Virus record (IMG/VR): IMGVR_UViG_3300042549_004948
Span: 1-64,000 of that record
DNA: 64,000 nt
Direction: 5' to 3' (one strand)
Origin: a virus
The position numbers and the translations under genes are program-made. The notes below the pieces were generated by a model. It had not been told where the DNA came from and searched no databases. It saw only the letters and a list, made by a program, of their open reading frames with translations. Positions 48,984-57,458 of this stretch are shown piece after piece. Each line of letters begins with the position of its first letter. Position 1 is the stretch's first letter.

Positions 48984-51134
48984 GTGCAGGTATTAATAAC
49001 ATTATCATCATACGGAGACGCGGTAGGTCCTTTCGACATCTACTATGGCTACTATGCACCTGCATCAGAAACTCTGGTTATAGGTAATATAGATATAGAT
49101 ACATTAGCTTTAGGATATATAGTTAATTCTCCTGATGATATTAGTTATATTAGAGTAGAAAATTTAGACGAGTACGGTGGAAATGATCAGTATGTTTATT
49201 TTACACCTCCATCTCCTACGCCATCAGTATCTATTACTCCTAGCGTATCTGTAACTCCTAGTATATCTATTACTCCTAGTGTAACTCCTAGCGTATCTAG
49301 AACTCCTAGTGTATCCAAAACACCTAGCGTGTCTGTAACACCTAGCATATCCAAAACACCTAGTGTATCTGTAACTCCTAGCGTATCTGTAACACCTAGC
49401 ATATCCAAAACACCTAGTATATCTGTAACACCTAGCGTATCTGTGACACCTAGCGTATCTGTGACACCTAGCGTATCTGTGACACCTAGTGTATCTGTGA
49501 CTTCTAGTGTAACACCTAGCTTGTCAGCAACTCCATCAATATCTGTAACGCCTAGCATATCTAAAACTCCTAGTATATCTGTGACTCCTAGTGTAACACC
49601 TAGTGTGTCTATCACGCCTAGTATATCTATTACTCCATCTATATCAGTAACACCTAGTATTTCAATCACACCTACTATTTCAGTAACACCAGGCATATCA
49701 CCAACGCCTAGTGTATCAATAACACCAAGTATTAGTATAACACCTAGTATTTCTATAACTCCTAGTATTTCAGTTACTCCTAGTATTTCAGTAACTAGAA
49801 GTGTTACTCCTAGCATATCAATAACTCCTAGTATTTCAGTTACTCCTAGTATTTCAGTTACTCCTAGTATTTCAGTAACTAGAAGTGTTACTCCTAGCAT
49901 TTCAGTTACACCTAGTATATCTAGAACTCCTAGCGTATCTGTTACTTCTAGTGTAACTCCTAGTATTTCTGTAACGCCTAGTGTATCTGTAACTCCAAGC
50001 ATATCCGTAACTCCAAGTGTAACTCCTAGCGTATCGGTTACACCTTCTATATCTAGAACTCCTAGTATATCTGTAACTCCAAGTGTAACTCCTAGCGTAT
50101 CGGTTACGCCTTCTATATCTAGAACTCCTAGTATATCTGTAACTCCAAGTGTAACTCCTAGTATTTCTGTAACGCCTAGTATATCTAGAACTCCTAGCGT
50201 GTCTAGAACTCCTAGCGTAACACCTAGTATATCAAAAACTCCTAGTGTAACTCCAACTGTAACTCCTAGTACATCAGTACCTGCTATAGCATTTACTACA
50301 TCTACTAGCGATTTCGTAGGATTCTTTGAAGCTTGCGCATCTGGAACTCCAACTGGAGCTACTATATATCAAAGCCCGGTATATTCTGTTCCTACAGTTG
50401 GTCAGCAATTATATTCAAATCCTAATTTGATTTTTGCTAATCATTGGGCTCCAACTATAAGTTCAGAAGGATGGTTTAAATTTAATAGATCTAGTAGTAA
50501 TTGGGCAGTTCAAGTTAACTCTAATGGATTAATAATAGATGTTCTAGATTGTACAGTTGTTCCTTCAGTAACTCCTAGTATTTCAGTAACTCCTAGCGTC
50601 TCTGTTACTCCTAGTGTATCTGTAACTCCATCGATATCAGTTACACCTAGCATATCTGTAACACCAAGTATTTCTGTAACTCCTAGTATTAGTATAACAC
50701 CTAGTATTAGTATAACTCCAAGTATTTCTGTTACACCTAGTGTAACTATAACTCCAAGTAATACTGCTAAATACACAGTAACAGTTAGACATGGAAACTC
50801 TGCTACAAGAAGTGTTGGGGGTGTTACATCTGTAGTTTATAGGTTAGGTAGCGGCCCCCATACTAAGACTACATTAGCGTCAGGTATAACAGGACCAGAT
50901 TGTGGTACAACTGCTTTAACAGGAACTATTACTAATGTAACAGCAGGAACTGTACTTACTATAGGAGCTCAAATTGGAGGTACTTCAGATCAAACATTTG
51001 GTGTAGCTGGATGTGCCGGTGGATCAACTACCAATTGTGGATATGATACAACTCCTTATCAAGTAACAGTAAACTCTAATATTACTATAGAATTAAAACT
51101 AAACGTATCAGCAGGTGCTTATACTACTTGTTAA
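48984..51134 (+). CDS. Mucin-like virion protein with two S/T/P repeat stalks
   Basis: GTG start; ~360-aa and ~65-aa (SxSxTP)n tracts separating three small globular domains; C-domain homologous to that of 47709 gene. Confidence 0.8.
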   Translation: MQVLITLSSYGDAVGPFDIYYGYYAPASETLVIGNIDIDTLALGYIVNSPDDISYIRVENLDEYGGNDQYVYFTPPSPTPSVSITPSVSVTPSISITPSVTPSVSRTPSVSKTPSVSVTPSISKTPSVSVTPSVSVTPSISKTPSISVTPSVSVTPSVSVTPSVSVTPSVSVTSSVTPSLSATPSISVTPSISKTPSISVTPSVTPSVSITPSISITPSISVTPSISITPTISVTPGISPTPSVSITPSISITPSISITPSISVTPSISVTRSVTPSISITPSISVTPSISVTPSISVTRSVTPSISVTPSISRTPSVSVTSSVTPSISVTPSVSVTPSISVTPSVTPSVSVTPSISRTPSISVTPSVTPSVSVTPSISRTPSISVTPSVTPSISVTPSISRTPSVSRTPSVTPSISKTPSVTPTVTPSTSVPAIAFTTSTSDFVGFFEACASGTPTGATIYQSPVYSVPTVGQQLYSNPNLIFANHWAPTISSEGWFKFNRSSSNWAVQVNSNGLIIDVLDCTVVPSVTPSISVTPSVSVTPSVSVTPSISVTPSISVTPSISVTPSISITPSISITPSISVTPSVTITPSNTAKYTVTVRHGNSATRSVGGVTSVVYRLGSGPHTKTTLASGITGPDCGTTALTGTITNVTAGTVLTIGAQIGGTSDQTFGVAGCAGGSTTNCGYDTTPYQVTVNSNITIELKLNVSAGAYTTC
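49206..50283 (+). repeat. Degenerate 18-bp tandem repeat array (SxSxTP)
   Basis: ACTCCTAG/ACACCTAG recurring every 12-18 bp, with higher-order duplications. Confidence 0.9.
50559..50760 (+). repeat. Second SxSxTP repeat array
   Basis: Same hexapeptide periodicity. Confidence 0.85.
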
Positions 51135-51139
51135 TAATT

Positions 51140-51180
51140 AAAAATAAATTTTTTTATTTGAAATAAATTTTGTATATTAA
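51140..51180 (+). promoter_or_regulatory. Putative promoter of glycan operon
   Basis: AAAATAAATTTTTTTATTTGAAATAAATTTTGTATATTAA aligns without gaps to the 31840-31879 element. Confidence 0.6.
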
Positions 51181-51183
51181 GTT

Positions 51184-52443
51184 ATGGCTAAAATATTCGT
51201 TTCGATCGCAGCATACAGAGATCCCGAACTTCTTCCTACTTTAAAAGATCTCTTAAATAATTGTTCTGAACCTGATAATCTACACGTTTGTATCGGTTGG
51301 CAGCACTCTGAAGAAGATACTTGGGATAATTTAGATGAATATAAAAATGATTCTAGATTTACTATCTTAGACTATAACTATAAAGATGCTAAAGGTGTTT
51401 GTTGGATTAGAAAAAGAATTCAAGAACAATATAAAGGAGAGGATTATTACTTTCAGTTAGATTCTCACCATAGATTTAGTAAAGGTTGGGATACTACACT
51501 AAAAGATTATATTCACTATTTTCAGTCTAAAGGAAACAAAAAGCCTTTGCTATCAGCATATATACCAGGATACTTTCCAAAGAACGATCCAGAAGGTAGA
51601 AATGAAGAAGTGTGGAGTTTAAACATACAAAGGTTTATGCCTTCAGGAGTTATATTCTTAGAGCCTCATGGAGTAACTGAATGGAAAGAATTAACAGAGC
51701 CTTTTCCTACTAGATTTATATCGGCACACTTTATATTTACTTTAGGTAAGTTTGTTGAAGAAGTACCTTACGATGAGCATTTATATTTTCATGGCGAAGA
51801 ATCTTCTTTAGCTGCTAGAGCATTTACATTTGGTTATGATTTATTCTCTCCTCATAGAGCTATAGTTTGGCATGAATATACTAGAGATGGCAAGAAAAAA
51901 CATTGGGACGATAGTCAAGACTGGGCACAAAGAGATCAAGCATCTTATGCAAGATATAGAAAGTTAATGGGAGTAGAAGGTACTTGCAGTCCTTGTACAA
52001 GAAAATCATTGGGAGTAGAAAATTATTTTGGTGAAGAGAGAACATTCGAAGAATATGAAAAGTACGCAGGTTTAAAATTCTCTACACAACAAATACATAT
52101 AGAGGCAAAGAATGGTGAGTTTCCTCCAATCAAAAGTGACTATGAATCTGGTTTAGCTCACATAAGAAAATATTGCATCGATATTTATAAAGGATCACTT
52201 ACTGAGCAAGACTACGACTTTTTTGCTATAGCATTTCTAGATGATAAAGGAAATGATATTCATAGAAGAGATGCAGAAAAGAGTGAAGTATTAGCACTAT
52301 TTACAGAAAATAAAGATGATCAATTTATCCATATTTGGAGAACATTTGAACATCCAGATAAGCCTTACTCATGGAGAGTTTGGCCTCACACCGAATCTAA
52401 AGGGTGGATGGAAAGAATAGAACAAGTTATATCATATGAATAA
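51184..52443 (+). CDS. GT60-like polypeptide N-acetylglucosaminyltransferase (Pfam GlcNAc-like)
   Basis: IFVSIAAYRDPEL, KGVCWIR, YFQLDSHHRF, YFHGEE...RAFTFGYDLFSP...VWHEY. Confidence 0.85.
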   Translation: MAKIFVSIAAYRDPELLPTLKDLLNNCSEPDNLHVCIGWQHSEEDTWDNLDEYKNDSRFTILDYNYKDAKGVCWIRKRIQEQYKGEDYYFQLDSHHRFSKGWDTTLKDYIHYFQSKGNKKPLLSAYIPGYFPKNDPEGRNEEVWSLNIQRFMPSGVIFLEPHGVTEWKELTEPFPTRFISAHFIFTLGKFVEEVPYDEHLYFHGEESSLAARAFTFGYDLFSPHRAIVWHEYTRDGKKKHWDDSQDWAQRDQASYARYRKLMGVEGTCSPCTRKSLGVENYFGEERTFEEYEKYAGLKFSTQQIHIEAKNGEFPPIKSDYESGLAHIRKYCIDIYKGSLTEQDYDFFAIAFLDDKGNDIHRRDAEKSEVLALFTENKDDQFIHIWRTFEHPDKPYSWRVWPHTESKGWMERIEQVISYE

Positions 52444-53707
52444 GAAACCTACAATATTAGTTCACTTACCGGCATACCGCGATCCTGAATTAATTCCAAC
52501 AATTAAAGACGCATTAGACAAAGCAAAGTATCCTAATCGTATACACTTCGGTATATGTAGGCAGTACCATCCAGAAGACGGATTTGATGATCTAACAGAA
52601 TATAAAACAGATAAAAGATTTAAAATCTATGAGTGCTTATATAGTGAAGCTCAAGGTCTTCCTTGGGCAAGAGCTATAATTAATGAGCAGTTATTAACTG
52701 ATGAAGACTATGTATGCCAACTAGATTCACATCATAGATTTGCTCAGGATTGGGATGAGACATTAATACAAATGCATCTTGATTTAGAAGCTAAAGGATA
52801 TAAGCCAATCATAGCAGGATACTCTCCTCTATATGATCCATTTAATGAACCTGCTGGTAGATCAATGGAACCATGGCAATCTCAATTTGTTTGTTTCTAT
52901 CCTCATGGAACTATATTCATTAGACCTGGTTTATTACACGGTTATGAGAATATGACTGAACTTCCGATGTCTAGATTCTTATGCGGACATTTTGACTTCG
53001 CAAGATCAGAATGGGCAAGAGATGTAAGACACGATCCTAATATATATTTCTCAGGTGAAGAGATTAATCTAACAGTCAGATCATACACTCATGGCTATGA
53101 TATGTTTCACCCGAATAAAATAGTAGTGTGGCATTCAACTATGCGTGAAGAAAGAGCTGGAAAATTAAAGTGGGATGATGATGTTAAACTAGGCAATGAT
53201 TGGTATAACAAGCAAGAGACCGCTAGGAAAAGAATAAGAGTCTTACTAGGGTCTGAACAGGATAGCTCGGTGGATTTGACTGGATACGGCCTGGGAACAG
53301 TCAGAACAGTTAGGGACTACGAGAAGTACGCAGGCGTTAATTTTAAAACAAGATCTGTTCAAAAGTATACTCTAGATAATCAATATCCTCCTAATCCACA
53401 TATTCAAGATGATCAACTTTGGGAAAAATCATTCATGGAATCATTTTATCACTTAGTAACAATATATAGACACGATTTCCCTAGGAATAATTATAAGCAC
53501 ATATTAGTAGCCTTTGATGATGATCAAGGTAATTCACTAAATAGTAAGTTTATAACAGATTATGAATTGCAGAATTTCATGACTAATGGAAACCACATTC
53601 ATTATGAAGAGTATTTCTTAACAGACAAAACGCCTGCTAGAGTAGTATTCTGGGGATACACAGAAGAAGACGGCTGGGTAGAAAGAATAGAACACAAAAT
53701 AGACTAG
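52436..53707 (+). CDS. Second GT60-like GlcNAc transferase
   Basis: ILVHLPAYRDPEL, GLPWAR, QLDSHHRF, YFSGEE...RSYTHGYDMFHP...VWH. Confidence 0.85.
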   Translation: MNKKPTILVHLPAYRDPELIPTIKDALDKAKYPNRIHFGICRQYHPEDGFDDLTEYKTDKRFKIYECLYSEAQGLPWARAIINEQLLTDEDYVCQLDSHHRFAQDWDETLIQMHLDLEAKGYKPIIAGYSPLYDPFNEPAGRSMEPWQSQFVCFYPHGTIFIRPGLLHGYENMTELPMSRFLCGHFDFARSEWARDVRHDPNIYFSGEEINLTVRSYTHGYDMFHPNKIVVWHSTMREERAGKLKWDDDVKLGNDWYNKQETARKRIRVLLGSEQDSSVDLTGYGLGTVRTVRDYEKYAGVNFKTRSVQKYTLDNQYPPNPHIQDDQLWEKSFMESFYHLVTIYRHDFPRNNYKHILVAFDDDQGNSLNSKFITDYELQNFMTNGNHIHYEEYFLTDKTPARVVFWGYTEEDGWVERIEHKID

Positions 53708-54993
53708 TGATAAATAAAAACGATATACAAAGTTTAGTAGGAAATCATGTAGCGCCCTACATTTATAATTCAAAAGTATTTGAACCAGGAAAAACTCCTA
53801 TTTACTATTCCGGACCTTATTGGGATAATAAAGAAGTAGAAGCCGCAATAGATACGTTTCTAAATGGGAAGTGGATAACTGCAGGAGAAAAGGTTTACAA
53901 GTTTGAAAATGCTTTTAGTAAAAAGTTTAACGTTAAGCATTCTCACATGGTTAATTCTGGAAGTTCTGCTAATCTAGTTTTAATAGCTGCTCTAAAGAAA
54001 AGATTTAACTGGGCAGATGATGATGAGATTATAGTGTCTCCGGTAGGGTTTGCTACAACTGTTTCTGTTCTATATCAAAATAAACTAAAAGCTGTTTTTG
54101 TTGATATTGAATGGCAAACGCTTAACTTTGATGTAAGTAGAATAGAAGAGAAAATAACTTCTAGAACAAAAGGTATTTTCGTATCGCCGGTATTGGGAAA
54201 TCCTCCTGATATGGATAAGCTTAAAGCTTTAGCAGACAAATATGATCTTAAACTTATAGGAGATAATTGTGATAGTTTAGGGAGTGCATGGAATGGTAAT
54301 TATATAACAGACTACTATGTAGCTTTTTCTAATTCATTTTATCCAGCCCATCATATTTCTACTGGTGAAGGTGGAATGATATGCACTAATGACGATGAGC
54401 TAAAGTCTTTATTCGTAAGCCTTTCATGGTGGGGAAGAGATTGTTATTGTATAGGATCTGCTAATTTACTTTCATGTGGAACATGCGGAAATAGATTTGA
54501 TAAATGGTTAGAAAACTATGATGGCATTATTGATCATAAGTATGTGTTTAGTGAAATGGGATATAATTTAAAACCATTAGATTTACAAGGTGCGATTGGT
54601 TTAGTACAACTTGATAAATTAGATGAAATTGAAACTAATAGAAAAGTTTCTAGAAATACTTTATCTAAAATATTCACTGATAATATACCTGGTTTAAGAA
54701 TACCAGACGTATTATCTAAAGCGGATCCATGTTGGTTTGGTACTCCATTTATATGTGACGAACCAGGATTAAAACATAGACTAGTAGAATATCTAGAGGC
54801 AAATAAAATACAAACTAGAAATTATTTTGCAGGCAATATCTTATTACACCCAGGTTATTCTAAACTTGATGACTATACTTTATATCCGGAAGCAAATAAA
54901 GTACTTGATAAGGTATTTTTTATAGGAGCGGCTCCACATTATACAGAACCGGTATTTGATTATATAAATGATGTTATAACTAAATTTAAATGA
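53707..54993 (+). CDS. rfbH: CDP-4-keto-6-deoxyglucose 3-dehydrase (E1/RfbH), DegT/DnrJ/EryC1/StrS family
   Basis: VNSGSSANL, DNCDSLG, SFYPAHHISTGEGG (His in place of PLP Lys), WGRDCYC...TC Fe-S motif, YNLKPLDLQ. Confidence 0.88.
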   Translation: MINKNDIQSLVGNHVAPYIYNSKVFEPGKTPIYYSGPYWDNKEVEAAIDTFLNGKWITAGEKVYKFENAFSKKFNVKHSHMVNSGSSANLVLIAALKKRFNWADDDEIIVSPVGFATTVSVLYQNKLKAVFVDIEWQTLNFDVSRIEEKITSRTKGIFVSPVLGNPPDMDKLKALADKYDLKLIGDNCDSLGSAWNGNYITDYYVAFSNSFYPAHHISTGEGGMICTNDDELKSLFVSLSWWGRDCYCIGSANLLSCGTCGNRFDKWLENYDGIIDHKYVFSEMGYNLKPLDLQGAIGLVQLDKLDEIETNRKVSRNTLSKIFTDNIPGLRIPDVLSKADPCWFGTPFICDEPGLKHRLVEYLEANKIQTRNYFAGNILLHPGYSKLDDYTLYPEANKVLDKVFFIGAAPHYTEPVFDYINDVITKFK

Positions 54994-55667
54994 AAATATT
55001 AGTACTAGGAGATGGTTTATTAGGAAGTGAGATTGTAAGGCAAACAGGGTGGAATTATATTTCTAGAAAAAAAGACAATATTGATTTTATTAATGACTCA
55101 CTATCTTTTTATTTAGGACATTATGATATTATACTAAATTGTTTAGCTAATACAGATACGTACTCAACAGATAGAGAGCGTGTATATTCTATCAATTATC
55201 ATTTTATTATTAAGTTATCAAATCTTTGTAAAATATTAAATAAAAAATTAATTCACATATCTACAGATCATGTTTATGCTGATTCAGATTCTGATATTGA
55301 TGAAAATGGTTTAGCTATACCGGCTCCAAATTTTTATTCATATTCAAAATTATTAGCAGATGAATATGTTATGTTTAATAATAATGATCATTTAATATGT
55401 AGATGTTCATTTAAACCAAAACCATTTCCGTATAATAAAGGTTGGGTTGATCAATATGGAAATTTTGATTATGTTGATGTTATAGCTAATTTAATTATAC
55501 AATTAATAAATAAAAATGCTAATGGAGTTTATAATGTAGGAACAGAGAAAAAAACAATATATCAATTAGCTAAACAAACAAATCCAGATATCATGCCAGG
55601 TTATAGACCAAATAATGTACCTAGTGATATAACAATGAACTTAGATAAACTAAATTCTATTTTATGA
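54990..55667 (+). CDS. RmlD-like NDP-4-keto-sugar reductase (SDR)
   Basis: GDGLLG, HISTDHVY, YSYSK. Confidence 0.8.
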   Translation: MKILVLGDGLLGSEIVRQTGWNYISRKKDNIDFINDSLSFYLGHYDIILNCLANTDTYSTDRERVYSINYHFIIKLSNLCKILNKKLIHISTDHVYADSDSDIDENGLAIPAPNFYSYSKLLADEYVMFNNNDHLICRCSFKPKPFPYNKGWVDQYGNFDYVDVIANLIIQLINKNANGVYNVGTEKKTIYQLAKQTNPDIMPGYRPNNVPSDITMNLDKLNSIL

Positions 55668-56596
55668 ATTTAACTTTTTTCTTTGATAAAGAAGGAGCCG
55701 GGAATCCTTATTTTAAATATATCTACAATACTATATTTGATTTATTTAATTTAAAATTTCCTGAGCACTCTATAAAGCACCGACAACCAGAAGGGTCATA
55801 TCAAAGTTCTCCTGGTGGGATGTCTAATTTTCAAATTATAAATGATGAAAATAATAAAACTATTTTAATGTCTTTTTGGGACAGAGGAATGAATACATTT
55901 TTACCTGGTTTAGGATGGGAAAAATATAAAATAGTTCAATATATAGGAGGTCTAGGAATGAACTTAAATTCTAACCAGATAAAAGAAACTTATGGAATAG
56001 ACCATTCTAATTTCCAATATCCATTAGGAGTTCCTAATAGTTATGATTATCTAGATCAAGTAAGAGTAGAATATAATCCAGAACAAAAGATAAGAAAAGC
56101 TATTTTTATAGGCGCTATATATGGAACAAGAACTCCACTGTCAGAGCTACTATCAAAACATGAATTATTTGAAGTACTAGATAACTCAACAGGGTATCAC
56201 GGTTTGGAATATTATAAAAAGATAAATGAATATAGAGTATCGTTATCTTTTAATGGAAATGGTGAATTTTGTTTACGAGATTTAGAATCTATGGGGTTAG
56301 GAATACCATGCCTAAGATCTGAGTTAAAGACGCAGTTTTATAATCCACTTATACAAGACTACCATTATATTAATGGAGGGAGAGTTTGTTCAAATGCTTG
56401 GTTTACATATTCTGATTCTAAAATAGAAGATATCGCAGATGAATACATAAATGCATTAGAACTTATTATAGATGATTATGATAAATTAAAAAAAATCTCT
56501 TCTAATGGGCAACAGTATTTTAATTCTTATTCTAAACCTGATTATATTATTGACTTATTTTTTAAACTAGTTAAAATACATGAACTCAATAATTAA
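55664..56596 (+). CDS. Putative GT-B glycosyltransferase
   Basis: FIGAIYGTR, SLSFNGNGEFCLRDLESMGLG, IS.NGQQYF. Confidence 0.6.
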   Translation: MNLTFFFDKEGAGNPYFKYIYNTIFDLFNLKFPEHSIKHRQPEGSYQSSPGGMSNFQIINDENNKTILMSFWDRGMNTFLPGLGWEKYKIVQYIGGLGMNLNSNQIKETYGIDHSNFQYPLGVPNSYDYLDQVRVEYNPEQKIRKAIFIGAIYGTRTPLSELLSKHELFEVLDNSTGYHGLEYYKKINEYRVSLSFNGNGEFCLRDLESMGLGIPCLRSELKTQFYNPLIQDYHYINGGRVCSNAWFTYSDSKIEDIADEYINALELIIDDYDKLKKISSNGQQYFNSYSKPDYIIDLFFKLVKIHELNN

Positions 56597-57458
56597 AGAA
56601 AAGATTGCCATTTGTTACTCGTGCGCAGGAGAAAGTTATCGAGAGAGTGCGGTCCGTCAATTAACAGAACACTACTTCGATGATGACAATTTATTTTACT
56701 TTATAATAACAGATGATAAAAAGTATTTTGATAATATAAAAAGGAAAAACCTAATTGTCAATGAATTAAAAGACTTTTATGAAGAGTTTCCTCACGTAGA
56801 AAAATATGAGGCTTTATTAGAATCAGTAGATAAAAATGATTATGCTAAACAATTTGTAGAATCGGGGTATTTATATTCTTTTTCATTGATGAGATTTCAT
56901 TTATTACAAGCTTATAAACATGGAATAACTAATGTATCTATAATGTGTACAGATACTAATATAAATTTTGAATTATTTAATAATAATTTATTTGATATTA
57001 AAAATACAATTTATAATGCGGTATCAGAATGGGATACAAATATCGATAAAAAAGATATGGATATTATTAAAAACTATTTAAAAGAAAACCATAATCTAGT
57101 ACCTTCAGAAGTCGTACGTGTTTTAGACGCAGCTGCAAGATTTTTTATTTTTAGTGATTTAGATAATATGTATAATTTTTTTAATATATGGAATCAAACT
57201 ATTATATATCTCTATGAAAATAACTTAATGAGAAGATTCGCAGGCTCATATGTATATCATGATGAATATATATTAGCTCCTATCTATAATGTATTTAAAC
57301 TCACCGAAAGAGATTATCATTCAACAAGTAGAATATTCACTGTTATACATAACCAAATTCATGAAAGATTTTGGAAAGCAGGAGGATCTATTGATGGTAT
57401 CATGGATCACATTAATTATAATGAATTTTTAAAAATAAACAATTTATCTAATGGCTAA
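56580..57458 (+). CDS. Putative GT-A-like glycosyltransferase
   Basis: CAGESY, IITDDKKYF, FSLMRF, CTDT, HDE; paralogous to the 59126 gene. Confidence 0.5.
   Translation: MNSIIKEKIAICYSCAGESYRESAVRQLTEHYFDDDNLFYFIITDDKKYFDNIKRKNLIVNELKDFYEEFPHVEKYEALLESVDKNDYAKQFVESGYLYSFSLMRFHLLQAYKHGITNVSIMCTDTNINFELFNNNLFDIKNTIYNAVSEWDTNIDKKDMDIIKNYLKENHNLVPSEVVRVLDAAARFFIFSDLDNMYNFFNIWNQTIIYLYENNLMRRFAGSYVYHDEYILAPIYNVFKLTERDYHSTSRIFTVIHNQIHERFWKAGGSIDGIMDHINYNEFLKINNLSNG

Noticed and set aside
48291-50760. Possible CRISPR array
   Set aside because: Repeats are contiguous, in-frame and codon-degenerate, with no unique spacers or cas genes
48239-50776. Minus-strand ORFs 48239-48541, 49196-50002 and 50510-50776 (LGVTDI repeats)
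   Set aside because: Antisense shadows of the SxSxTP repeats; the repeat unit has no stop in that frame
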